From Octopus sinensis (lineage: Eukaryota), in NCBI RefSeq assembly GCF_006345805.1, contig NC_043000.1:104594001-104658000 (forward strand): a stretch of DNA of 64,000 nucleotides. Direction: 5' to 3'. Under the pieces are notes generated by a model. The model was given only the letters and a program-made list of their open reading frames with translations, did not search any database and was not told the DNA's origin. Each line of letters begins with the position of its first letter. The first letter of the stretch is position 1. Positions 25,500 to 38,910 of this stretch are shown one piece after another. The position numbers were made by a program, and so were the translations under genes.

Positions 25500-26888
25500 T
25501 CTCTTATGATAAAAGGCAGATTTTCTCCGCCTGTTCCCATGTTTCTTTTAAATATAATTCTACACTATAGAATTTCTTCAATTGGAATTTACCTATGATT
25601 TTTCCAAGTAGATTCGATTGGGTCATGGCATGTAAAGTTTTTTTAATTTGACCCCCAATTAAGCAAAAATTCGAGAAAACTCAATATTTTACGATTTCAA
25701 GTGCTTCACTCCTTCCATTACCACCACACTTTCTCCTACTTTGTCTTTGCAAGTGTGCAACAATTAAGATGAAAGTATGTACATAACAGGGATGAGCCAT
25801 ACTGGTCATCCTTTTTGCTAGAGGAAGATCCACTATGGTCTTATATGCTACACCACTGGTTTTCAATTCATATTAATCAAATTAATATTCAATTTTTCAC
25901 CCTTATTATGTGTGTGTGTGTGTATTAGCAATTCGTATAAAATTGCATCAATGACTTGAACTTGAATAAGTGGTTTCACATAAATGGGGATAAATTAAAA
26001 AGGTTTGTTGTTATTATTATTACTGTTTGACTATTGTAATCACGTTTGTTGGTTCCTCGTCAGGGAAACGTTGTGTTGCATTTGTTAAATAATTGTAAAC
26101 CGTAACCCTCCCCCTTTCGGAGGTTATTGTTTAAAAATTGAATTGTGTCCCTGTTTGGGGAAATTGACAATATTTTCACCGTCTTTACGGAAGCATTTTT
26201 GTTAAAATGCCTTCGATACAAGAAAGTCCAAAAATGAATTTGACTGCAGCCGTACGTACACTTCTATACAAGAGGGAGGACAAGATCCAATTGATCGAAA
26301 TTGCAAGAGACGGGCCTACAATTCCAGTCTGTTATATATTTTGAGTATTGTTATCACTAGCGATATCAAGATATAACTTTGTATTTTGTATTTTATGTGT
26401 AGATTTTATGTGTAGATGTATATATATAGATGTAATGTAATATGTACTCATATATATATATACACATATATACATGCATAATATATCTACCCATACACAC
26501 ATACGCACACACAAACACACACACATACATAGGGGCAGGTGTGGCTGTGTGGTAACAAACTACGTTCCAAACACATGATCCTGGGTTCAGTCCCACTGCG
26601 TGGTGACTTGGCATGTGTCTTCTGCTGTAGCTTCAGACCAACAAAAGCCTTATCAGTGGATATGAGAACAAGAACATGGCTCTTTTCAAGGCAACCTCGC
26701 ATTCAATTCTTACACCATTCTACGAGGGGGTAGGAACCCCTATACAGGACTTTCTATACACTTACAAATACATTCATTCGCCGTAAACTTATATCAATAT
26801 TTGCCTGAATAATCATCATAATTCAGTGCAATCATTAACAGTACTTTCAAGCAATTCAGCCCCGAGCATCGCCGGGCAATTCTACTAG
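25500..26888 (+). mobile_element. Non-autonomous Helitron (1389 bp) with a nested SINE at ~26531-26660
   Basis: 5' A|TC start (TCTCTTATGATAAAAGG). 3' hairpin CCCGAGCATCGCCGGG then CTAG|T at 26885-26889. Removing it rejoins the satellite motif GTTAA|TAGTATGATATT. Confidence 0.7.
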
Positions 26889-28409
26889 TAGTATGATATT
26901 TGCTATGCTAGCCTTGTTATATTGGTGTTATTGATGTTTTTTTAGTTATTGTTAGTGGTATAATATTGCTGATGATTATGATAGTATTTTGATACTAGCA
27001 TATTGTTGATTAATTTAGTAATATTTTATTGATGGTGTTTTATTGATGGAATGATGTTTATTATGTTGGTGGTATGATATTGTAGCTGTTGATAGTTATG
27101 TTAGCGGTGATATTGACTGATTTTCTTATGGTAGTTTTTTTTTATATATTTCATTGATGTTTATAGTAGTTTTATGACTATAGCTATGTATGATTGTATG
27201 ATATTATTATTCCTATTATTAAGTTGGCAAGTTGGCAGAATGGTCTTTATGTTCTTAGTTCAAGTTCCACCAAGGTTGACTTTGCCTTTCATCATTTTGG
27301 GGACAATAAAATAAGTTCCAACTAGCCACTTCCCTGCAAAATTTCAAGCCTTGCACCTGTAGTACAAAAAATTAATGTTCATATTATTTGTTTCATATTA
27401 GTGTTGTTCATTGTATGTTATTGATTATGTTTGTGGTATGATATTGGTCTTATTGATGGTGTGGTGCTATATTTTATATTAGTGTTATGATGGGTTTTTT
27501 TTAATATGAATGCATGATGTTATTGTTTATGTTAATAGCATGACATTTATATTATTGATAGTATAATGGTAATGATTATGTTAGCAGTACAATATTAATG
27601 TTATTGACGGTATGTTATTGATTATACAAATGGTATAATAATAGTGTTGTTAATTGCATTATAGTCATAGTTATATTAACCTTATATTGATGTGTTTTAC
27701 AATATGATGTTGATTAATTTAATGGCATTTTATTGGTGTTGTTGATGGTATGATGTTGGTTATGTTGATGGCATGATGTCTGTTAACTTGGTGCTAAGAT
27801 GTTGGTGCTGTTGATGATATGATGTTGTTAATGGTACATAGTCATTGTTGATAGTTATGTTAGTGATACGATACTGTTACAGTTAGTAGTACAATGTTAT
27901 TGTTGCCTATATTATGGGTACTGATGTTAGTGTTGGTGTGATGCTCTTGTTTGGTATGGTATTAATTTTATCAAAAGTGATTTTGATTGTATTATTGATA
28001 TAATGTTAAATTGGTTGATGCTATTGTGTTATTAGTATTATGTTATTGGCTTACTGTTTAATCTCATACCAATCAGATCAAAGTCATACCAGTTATGACC
28101 ACCTATTTCTTTTTCTTTTGTTTTGTAGTGGCTCATAGGTTTTTCCTCATCAAAATAAGACTTGAACACTGTTTAGCTGATATTTATATGTAGCTGTTCC
28201 AAATTGTGATACAATTTAGAATTGTTGATGCTACGATATGTTCTTGGTTACAGTAATACTATGATATAGGTGTTGATGGTATTATGATCATGTATTATGA
28301 TAAAAATATTGTTGATGGTATGATATTGATGACTATGTTATCTGTATGATTGCATGATGGTGCTATTGGTTGTATAGTGTTGTTTCTTGGCTATATTGTT
28401 GCTGTTTGT

Positions 28410-28705
28410 TCCTTCCCAAGCCATGCTTGGCTCATAAGGGCCAGTTTCCTGGTTTCATTGGCGTATAGGTTCCCCACCTGGACAGGACACCGGTCTGTCA
28501 CAGGTGAGCTGCTAGATGCAGGAGGAAAGAATGAAAAAAGTTGTGATGAAAGAGTCAGCAGAAGTTCGCCATTACATTCTGCTGGAGCCGCATGGGGCTT
28601 AGATGTTTTACTCATAAACACACACATCGCCTGGTCTGAGATTCGAACCTGTGATCCCTTAACCACGAGTCCACTGCTCTAACCACTAGGTTATGTACCT
28701 CCACT
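28410..28705 (-). mobile_element. tRNA-derived SINE
   Basis: Reverse-complement head CCTAGTGGTTAGAGCAGTGG...GGTTCGAATCTC. Confidence 0.75.
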
Positions 28706-29280
28706 CTTGGCTATATTAGTGGCACAATATTGTTGTTGATGGCACACCATTATTGATACAATTTTTTGTGTTGTTGATGGTTATGTTAATGTCATGGTAT
28801 GATGCTGTTTATGCTAGTGATTTGATATTGGTATTGCTGATAGTTATGTTTGTAATATGGTATTGATATTATTAATGGTACATTGTTAGTGTTGATTATG
28901 TTAGTAGTATGATACTGGTGTTGTTGATGATAGGATGTTGTTTTTAGAAGTGAGTATGGTGGGACATTAGTATTGTTGATGGTATAATGTTGTTAATTAC
29001 ATTAGTGATATGGTACTGTATTTTTTGATGATGTATGTCAATGGTCATCATAGTGATATATTTGTGTTGCTAATGGTATGATAATGTTGCTGGTTATGAT
29101 GTTGTTATGACATTGTCATTGGTGTGATCCTGGATATGTTAGTGGTATGATGTTAGTGTTGTTGGTAATAATATTGTTATGTTACACTGACTTCACTGAC
29201 TGTTTGGTGTTGTTGGTTATTCTATTATCATGTTGTTGTTGGTGGTGGTGTTGGCATTCCATTAATAATTAAGTACATTT

Positions 29281-29420
29281 AAAGGCACATGACCTAGTGG
29301 CTAAATTATTGGGCTTACAATCATAAAATCGTGAATTCAATTCCTGGGTTGGGTATCACATTGTGTCCTTTAGCAAAGCACCTCATTTTGTATTAGTCCA
29401 GTCTACTCAGCTGAAAATAT
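29281..29420 (+). mobile_element. Degenerate tRNA-derived SINE
   Basis: AAGGCACATGACCTAGTGG...TTCAATTCC...TTTAGCAAAGCAC, similar to 7364. Confidence 0.55.
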
Positions 29421-30670
29421 ACCAGTCAGCTGTTGGTGCAGTCTTCTTTACCACCTGCTGACATATCATCACTGTTTCACTGGATCAAGGATGAGAGGAC
29501 CTAGAGTAGTCTATATCCATTCACAACACTGGCACCTAAAGCAATGAGCAAAAGCATAGTAAATGCTACCAGGTCATATCATTCATGAGTGACAACTATG
29601 GCTTGTGAAGTTGGTGGTATGTTGTTGTCTATGTTAGTGCTATTGATTGTTATGTTAGTGGTATGACACTAATGATGTTGATGGTAAGTTGGTGCATATG
29701 TCATTGGAATTAACCTAATGCTCTTGATAGTGATATGATATTTGTGATGCTTATGGTAAGATGTTGTTGGTGGTTATGTTAGTGGTATGATATTGGTATT
29801 GTTGATGGTATAATTATGTTTTTTTTTATATGTAAGTGGTATGATAATAGCGTTTTCGACAGTATGGTGCTGTTTATTATGTTATAATGGTGATTGTATG
29901 ATATTGATTATTGTATGATGTTGTCCTTGGTTATGTTAGTGAAATACCATTAGTTTTGATGGTACAATGTTATGTTAGCAGCATTATGTTTGTTATGTTG
30001 ATGGTATGAAATTGTCGTTTGTTATGTTAGTGGTGTCATATTTGTGCTGTTGATGTTTTGATATTATTGGTTATGTCAGTGGTGAGAAATTGCTGTTGTT
30101 TATGCAATCATACTGTTACTAGTTATATATGAGCTGTAGTATTAGTGGTGTTGATGAGCTGTTTACCTTACATCAGTAATACTATGGCATGCAGGTTGGA
30201 TGTCGAAGTAGGAACAACAGATCTGGTGTTCCAGATATATCATGTCACCAGCTAGTAGAAGAATACACTTCGTACTTTTGAATTTCCTGGGTTGAAGTAG
30301 GGACACTACTTAGTCGCTTAAACTGCAAGGTTGGGTTTGAAAAAAATTTAGCTGTAATTACAGCCAAATTAATTTCAAAGTCAACCTTCTCAAACAAGAA
30401 AAGGACACATTTGATAATATAATCACCATACACCTGAAAAAACATGATGATCACAACCAGGATACCTTTTATCATTGGCCAGCATTATCAGAGTTGACCT
30501 AGGGTCAAACAAGAACAAGAGTAACAACAGCAACAACAATATGTAAAGGTCAATCATAGGGGATGCAGTGCAGCATTTTGACTATGCTACATTTCCTCAG
30601 CTCTTTAGTATATTCCAGTATGACTATGTTCAGCAAAAGCAAACATAGTGAACATTAAATGATGATGATG

Positions 30671-30707
<37 letters not shown>

Positions 30708-30751
30708 GATGATGATGGTGGTGGTGGTGGTGGTGGTGGTGGTGGTGGTGG

Positions 30752-30786
<35 letters not shown>

Positions 30787-32097
30787 TGGTTTACATGAAA
30801 GCTCTTCTGGTGTGAAGTAGGCTGAATGATGTTCTTTGTGATTTGTTGTAGTGAAGTGGTGGCTCAAGTATTACAGTCATAATGACTTCGATATATTGTT
30901 TGCATTCTAGTGTTGCTGTTTTACTGTTAGCATGTGAAGAGTCTTTGGTGTTGTATGTTGTTTTGCTCTGTTTAACTTATATTCATTTTCTATATGTGTT
31001 GTGAATGTTGTAGATGTGTTGTTTGTTATTATTAGAATTTTTAGTCTTCTGTGCGTGTTGTATTTGATACTCTTTGGTGTTGCTGGTACAGAGGCAGATA
31101 GTCGTTATTGTTGTTGCTGGTGGTGGTGGTAGTAGGCAGCCCATTAGTTAAAGACATCCTAGAGATGGCTATCCAGTAGAATTGTTTTAGGAAGTGTATC
31201 TAACATCGCACTATCTCATAATTCCTTCATTATGCTTCAGTGATTGTTGTTGTTGTTGTTAGTGGTGGCATTGAACAGACCATTAGTGAAAGACATTCTA
31301 ATGGTGGCAATCCAGTAAGATTTTTTTTTTTCTAGGAAGTGTATCTAAGATCAAATTATCCCATAATCCCTTCATCTTATTTGAATGATTTGAGCAGATT
31401 GAGCAACCACATAACAGCTAAAACAGCACCAATTTTGCTTAAAAGGAGTAAGTGGATTTCATTGGTAGCTTGTTGTTGCATGACTGGTGGTAGAACAAGA
31501 TCTGTTGTTTGTTTTATTACTGGTATAATATCAGTGTTTGTATGATGCCAATTTTATGTTGTTATTTGTTATAGTTGCTTCTGTTCCACCCTAGGTCAGC
31601 ACTGAGTGAGCAGACCTGTGAATGAAAGCATTCCAGCTTTGACCATTCCATTCTTTACCTGTGTCCAATATTATGATATTGTCTCCATTAATGGTACAAT
31701 GCTAGCGGTGTGATATTGGTGTTGGTGCTATAATTTTAATTACTGATTATGTTAGTGATATGGAATTGGTCTAGTTGATGGTATGATATTACTGGTTATG
31801 TTAGTGGTATGATATTGGCTTCAAATTTTGGCACAAAGCCAGCAATTTCGGGATAGGGGTTAAATTGATTACATCAATCCCAGTGCTCAGCTGGAACTTA
31901 TTTATCGACCCCAAAAGGATGAAAGGCAATGGCAACCTCAGCAGGGATTTGAACTCAGAAAGTAATGATGGGTGAAATACCACTAAACATTTTGCTCTGG
32001 TTGCTAATGATTCTGCCAGCTTAAATGTTTGTGGTATGATATTGATATAGTTGTACATTGTTGTATAAATGAAAAGATGCGTGTGTGTTATGTGTGT

Positions 32098-32128
<31 letters not shown>

Positions 32129-32834
32129 TAAGTGAGAGATGGGAGAGAAATGGGGGGAAAGGGAACCCTTGTGTTACTCTGTTCAAAGAATATTGTTAGA
32201 TATTCTTAGTGTACTTTACAACCTGAAATATAGTTTGCAACCCAGTATTTTTGGTATGATAGTAGTTTTGTTGATGGTATGACATTTGGTGTTGATAAAG
32301 CTAGAGATACAGTGGTGGCATTACTGTATTTATATATATCTTTGGTAATGTTAATAGTATGGATGTTGTAATGTAAATATGAACAAGTTCAATGCCATTG
32401 ATTATAATCATATGGCAGTAGGAGGAGTAACTGGTATGATGTTGTTTGTGCTACCGATATGATTGCAATGGTGTGAATAATATGATTCTATATGTCATAT
32501 TACTGGTATGACTAAAGTGGTATAAATGGCTTGATATTGTTCATCATGTTAATAGTGTAAATGATATCAAATGGTTGCTCATGTATATGATCTGGTTGTC
32601 ATGATGTAAATGGTGTATGCCAGTAGTCATGTGGATGGTATGGTGTGAAAGTTTCATTGATAGTATGAACATTTCCGGTCTCTGTAAGATGTTAGTGGCA
32701 TTGATGGTGGGATGATATTGGTTAAGTCAGTAGTAGTGTATTAGTATTGTGGTTGATGATGGTTTTAAGTGTTATTGTTAATGTTGTTGTGTAGTCCCAG
32801 ATCAGCCTTTATCTTGCATAACTATGGTCAAAAT

Positions 32835-33108
32835 TTCGCTTTTGGATTTGGTTTGCAAGATTCTTTATATGAGTTTGTTTGTTGAAGAATATTCTGTTGT
32901 GTCTGGGGAGAGTCATTTTCTTTTTGTGCCTTATAATGTAACACACTCTCTGAGTGTGTTACATTAGAGAGTCAAGACTATTGAAAAGACTATTGCAAGA
33001 CGCAACAAAAATTTTAGGAAAATAACAATAAGTGGAAATTTTACCAGTGAGTGTGTTACATTATAAGGCACAAAAAGAAAATGACTCTCCCCAGACACAA
33101 CAGAATAT
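32835..33108. mobile_element. Inserted element with internal inversion and a perfect 60-bp inverted repeat
   Basis: 32889-32948 is the exact reverse complement of 33049-33108. Flanked by the direct repeat TATGGTCAAAAT (32823-32834; 33106-33117). Confidence 0.8.
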
Positions 33109-34444
33109 GGTCAAAATATTTCAGCTAAATCCTGCTTATATTTTTTCGGGCTCAGTATATCTAGTACTACATTGTTGAATATATCCTTTTCTTTTTTAAG
33201 ATAGAAGGGTGTGGTTTGAGGGAGATTTAGAAGCTAGTAATTGTAGGTGAGGCTAATGTTTAGAAGCTTCATTATGTCTTGGATGGTGGTGATTGATGGG
33301 AATAATGGAGACAATCATGTTAATAGCTATTCATAAATATTAATGTAGTATTGGTGAAATGTAAGTCATCTTTTAAATATGTTATGCTTGTATGTATGTA
33401 TGTATGTATGTATGTATGTATGTATGTATGTATGTATGTGTGAATATGAGTGTGTATATGAATGCATGTGTGAATATATGTGTGTGTCAGTGTGTGTATG
33501 TATTTATGTATGTGTGTATGTATATACATGTATGTATATATGTATGCTTGTGTGTATTTATATATGTCACACTTCCTGTTTGGAGTTTTAGAGCTTATTT
33601 CGACTGGTAACCCACCCAGTAAAAAAGTCATAAAGAAAGGGTGTTAGCAAAAAATGGGTATTGTCGTTTTTATCATCCTTTGAACAAACCAGTCACTATT
33701 TAAATTTTAAAGTTGTGATCATCCATGGCTTAAATTAACATGTATGTATGTTTGTAAGTATGTATGTATGTATGTATGTATGTATGTATGTATGTATGTA
33801 TGTATGTATGACTGAATACCCAATCACACGGTTAAACCATTAGGAGTGAAGGACTCCTAGCCTTTGTTAGGGCATCCTTCTAGGAGAAAGTAACTCAGGT
33901 AACTGGGATAACTCCGACATAAAACCTGCGGCTCAGTGGTTACCGATGATGTTGACTTGTTCTTCTTTTTGGATTATGGCTGCTGTTGCTTAGTGAGTGG
34001 GATTGACTCAGTGCATAGCCTTTCCTCACTTTAAAAAAAAATCTTCTTGCACAGGCATTGCATGATAACAACATTGATTAAGCTTCATGCAATGGCCATA
34101 CTCTATAACGAGGGGGCAGCCACCATGTGTGTATGTATGTATGTATGTATGTATGTATGTATGTATGTATGTATGTGTGTGTGTATGTGTGTGTATGTAT
34201 GTATAGATTTTTTCTTTTATTTGTTTCAGACTGTGGCCATATTGGGGCACCACATTAAGGAGATTTTAGTCAAACTAATTGATCCCAGTATTTTGAAGCT
34301 TGGTACTGATTCTGCTGGTCTCTTTTGCCAAACTGCTAAGCTACAGGGACATAAACACACCAATACCAGTTGTCAAGTTATGGTGGGGGACAAACACAGA
34401 CACAAAGACATGTGTATACATATATATACATATGTGTGTGTGTA

Positions 34445-34496
<52 letters not shown>

Positions 34497-34518
34497 CAAT
34501 GTGCTTCTTTGAGTTTCC

Positions 34519-34555
<37 letters not shown>

Positions 34556-34559
34556 CAGA

Positions 34560-35270
34560 TAGATATCAAAGTAACATTAAAGGAAGACTGAAAAGATAGC
34601 TTTCGTGTATGTCTGATGCACAGGGGCAATAGACACCGCAGATGCTCAGAAAACAGATTCCATCACACTCCAGAGGGAGAAACTAGAAGCAGTTGATAGC
34701 TTCCGCTACCTACGTGACCAAGTTAGTAGTGGGGGTGAATGATCAGAAAGTGTCACCACTAGAATAAGAATAGCCTGGGCAAAGTTTAGAAAGCTTCTAT
34801 CCCTGCTGGTGACAAAGGCTCTTTCATTCAGAGTGAAAGGTAGATTGTACAATGCATGTGTGTGAATTGCCATGCTTCACGGCAGTGAAAAATGGGCCGT
34901 GACTGCACAGGACATGCCTAGGCTCGAAAGAAATGAAGCTAGTATGATCCACTGGATGTGTAATGTCAGTGAGCACACGACAGAGTCTAAGCACCCTGAG
35001 AGGAATGTTGGACATAAGAAGCATGGGATGTGGCGTGCAAGAGAGATGTTTGCGCTGGTATGGTCATGTACTACGGATGGTTGAGGAGAGATGTATGAAG
35101 ATGTACCACTCCCAAACAGTTGAAGGAATCCAGGGTAGAGTTAGACCCAGGAAGACATGGAATGAGGTGGTCAAGCATGACCTTTGAGCGTTGGGCCTCA
35201 CAGAGGCAATGACAAAAGACCAAGACCTCTGGAGATATGCTGTGACTGCGAAGACCTGACAAATAAAGTG
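34560..35270 (+). mobile_element. RTE-clade LINE 3' fragment
   Basis: VDSFRYL, RIRIAWAKFRKL, MLHGSEKW, RLERNEASMIHWMC, LRWYGHVLRM, GRVRPRKTWNEVVKHDL. Confidence 0.9.
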
Positions 35271-35279
35271 AGTTCATAG

Positions 35280-35770
35280 CTGTATCCTACACCAGCTTCA
35301 CATAACCAACCCCAGCCCATTCAATGTACCTTGGATTGCAGGATGGCCAGCTGTGCTTACCTTGGATCGTAGGGTGACCTGCTGTGCTTGAGGAAACCTA
35401 CTGAGTCAAGTACATCAACATTAAAATAAAAATCAAATGGAAATTGTAGTTGTGATACCCGTGTTGGTGGTATGTAAAAAGCACCACCCGTACGTGGCTG
35501 ATGCCAGTGCTGCCTTGACTGGCTTCCATGCCGGTGGCACATAAAACGCACCAACCAATCATGGCCACTGTCAGCCTCCTCTGACCCCTGTACCAGTGGT
35601 ACGTAAAAAGCACCCACTACACTCATGGAGTGGTTGGTGTTAGGAAAGGCATCCAGCTGTAGAAACACTGCCAGATCAGACTGGAGCCTGGAGTAGCCTT
35701 CTGGCTTCCCAGACCCCAGTCGAACTGTCCAACCCATGTTAGCATGGAAAGTGGATGATGATGATGATAG
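35280..35770 (+). mobile_element. RTE-associated non-coding repeat ending in (ATG)n; shorter copy at 38930-39145
   Basis: Repeated GGTGGCACGTAAAAAGCACC modules plus TGGTTGG.GTTAGGAA.GGCATCCAGC and AACCCATG.TAGCATGGAAAG, then a TGA-repeat tail. Confidence 0.75.
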
Positions 35771-36764
35771 ATATATATATATGCATATGTTTGTATGTCT
35801 GTGTTTGTTCCCCAACCATCACATAGCAACCACCATTGGTGCATTTACATCCCTGTAACTTAGCAGTTCGGCTAAAGGGATCCATAGAATAAGTATTTGT
35901 TTTACAAAGATTAAGTCTTGGGGTTGATTTGGTCGACTAAAAGTGGTGCTCTAGTATGGCCGCCGTCAAATGACTGAAACAAATACAAGAATAAAAGAAT
36001 ATATATATATATGTATATATATATAAATAAAACTATAAATATAATATATATAAGAATATCTTAGAGTACAAAGTAGAGCTGTCTAAATGTACTCATTCTT
36101 ACCTCCATTCAATTTTAGTATATATATATATATTTAAGTTTTTGCTGCAAACTATCTCGATAGAGTTACATAGAGTCACAATATTTAAAGAAGTATTTTT
36201 TTAAAATGTTGATAACTATTTGTAATATAGAATGACAGGAACCTTATGGAAAGAAGTTTTCATATTGTGTGTATGGGGTGTAAGCGCTTTCATTGTTGAA
36301 CTATACAAATGTACATGTTCTGGACTAATGCGCATAGAGGAAGTTGTTTTTAGTAATGGCATTGACTATTTTTGGTTTAGTTTTGGATTTTAAAATTTCT
36401 ATAAAGTATTCCTCTGTTGATTTTTTGCTGTTGATTATTCTTGTCTTTTAATTTGGAAAAGGAAACATTTTGGATTTTCCATTTGCACAAATATCTAGAT
36501 GTACACTACAGGGAACATTTTTTACAGATGAATCTTTAATTTGCTGGCTTGCACTATGTATGTGTGTGTGTGTGTGTGATTTATGAATTAACCAGCTGTA
36601 TGAGAGTGCAAAACAGAAAATTAAAGAGGGTTTTAACTCCTATGTTCGGCAAAGCTGGTGTCTTTTAAAAAAGGCACTTTTATTATTTATACATTTTTTA
36701 TATATATCCAATTATTTTGCCTATATGGCTTTAGCTTGAGGCCACCAACATTAGTATACTCTTT

Positions 36765-36980
36765 ACTCTTTCTCTTTTACTCTTTTACTTGTTTCAGTCA
36801 TTTGACTGTGGCCATGCTGGAGGACCGCCTTTAGTCGAGCAAATCGACTCCGGGACTTATTCTTTGTAAGCCCAGTACTTATTCTATCGGTCTCTTTTGC
36901 CAAGCCGCTAAGTTACGGTGACGTAAACACACCAGCATCGGTTGTCAGGCAATGCTAGGGGGACAAACACAGACACACAA

Positions 36981-37025
<45 letters not shown>

Positions 37026-37190
37026 TACGACAGGCTTCTTTCAGTTTCCGTCTACCAAATCCACTCACAAGGCATTGGTCGGCCCGGGGCTATAGCAGAA
37101 GACACTTGCCCAAGATGCCACGCAGTGGGACTGAACCCGGAACCATGTGGTTGGTAAGCAAGCTACTTACCACACAGCCACTCCTGCACC
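36765..37190 (-). mobile_element. Octopus-type tRNA-derived SINE (full length)
   Basis: Reverse-complement head AGGAGTGGCTGTGTGGTAAGTAGCTTGC...GGTTCAGTCCCAC. Near-identical copies at 39790-40270 and 57510-57920 (-); partial copies at 34215-34400, 35770-35990, 37560-37685 and 52630-52725. Confidence 0.85.
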
Positions 37191-37369
37191 TATATTTCTC
37201 ATTAGTATTAATATTCTTTATTCATTTATATATGTATATATATGTGTAATATATATATATATATAGTGAATCCAAACAAAGAAGAACAAACAAGAAAAAA
37301 CAACAACACGAGGACGTGGTTGGAGGACACTAATCCAACGAGTAACTGAGAGTCGACTTCGACTGAGCG

Positions 37370-37402
<33 letters not shown>

Positions 37403-37445
37403 CATGTGTGTGTGTTCATGTGTGTGTGTTCATGTGTGTCTGTAT

Positions 37446-37515
<70 letters not shown>

Positions 37516-37689
37516 GTTTATTTGTAGGTAAATATATGTGTATGCATTTATGTAAAAGCAGGTGTGCCTGTCTAGTAAGAAGCTTGCTTCTCAACCATAT
37601 GGTTCCAGGTAAGTGTCTTCTACCATAGCCTCAGGTTGACCAAAGCATTGTGAATGGATTTGGTAGACAGAAACTGACAGAAATCTATC

Positions 37690-37777
<88 letters not shown>

Positions 37778-38492
37778 CATACATATATACATACATATAT
37801 ATATATATAATATATATACATATATATACATACATATATATATATACATACATGCATACATACATACATACATACATACATACATACATACATAATATAT
37901 ATGTATGTTTTCTAAGATTCCTGTTGTGAGACTATGTGTTGAAATAGTTGTGTCTTGGTAGGGCCAATGATAAATTCAAGCAACTGGTTAAATAGCTGCC
38001 TAATAATAATAAAAAGAAGAGAAGTAGAATCAGTGCATGTGTTTCTTACTGGCAAAGATGACCATACCAAGATACAACAACACATGCATGTGCATGATAA
38101 TTTGCATTTATAAATATTTTAATATTTAACTGTTAATAACACCGAGAGCAGGCAGAATTGTTACCATGCTAAGAAAAAATGATTAGCAGAATTTTTTCTA
38201 ACTTATATTCTATGTTCAAATGCTGCTGGGGCTTTTGCCTTTCATGCTTTCAAGACTAATAAAATAAATTGCAATTGAGCATTGGGGTTGATGTAATAGA
38301 CTTAACCCCATCCCTAAAATTGCTGGCCTTGTGCCAAAATATGAGATCAATATTTAACTATTAATATTGCTTGCCAGTAGATTTTACACATGAATACTTG
38401 CCTGCATATTACATTAAATTACATCAGCTCTAACATAGGGTAGTAAGTGCTTGGTGATAAACACACATGTATGTGTATGTGTATGTGTATGC

Positions 38493-38531
<39 letters not shown>

Positions 38532-38533
38532 AA

Positions 38534-38578
<45 letters not shown>

Positions 38579-38579
38579 A

Positions 38580-38910
38580 TATGGTGTATGGCTCAGTGGT
38601 TAGAGCATGTGACTCACAATCTTGAGGTAGTGTGTTCAATTGCCAAACTGGGCTGTATGTTGAGTTCTTGAGCAAGACACTTTATTTCATGTTGCTCCAG
38701 TTCACTCAGCTGTAGAAATGCAATATCACTGGTGCCAAGCTGTATCAGCCTTTGCTTTCCCTTGGATAACATTGACGGCATGGAGAAGGGAGGCTGGTAT
38801 GCATGGGCGACTGCTGGGCTTCTATAAACAACTTTGCATGGACTTGTGCCTCAGAGAGCAACTTTCTAGGTGCAATCCCATAGTCATTCTTGACTGAAGG
38901 GGGTCTTAAC
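38580..38910 (+). mobile_element. tRNA-derived SINE with TTGAGCAAGACAC core; headless copy at 58380-58640
   Basis: TGGCTCAGTGGTTAGAGC A box; the body aligns to 58380-58640. Confidence 0.8.

Larger units (their letters stand above)
24720..32800. repeat. Cryptic, highly diverged G/T-skewed satellite interrupted by TEs
   Basis: Recurrent GTTGATGGTATGATATTG and GGTTATGTTAGTGGTATGATATT motifs on one strand, with strong depletion of C on the plus strand. Confidence 0.8.
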
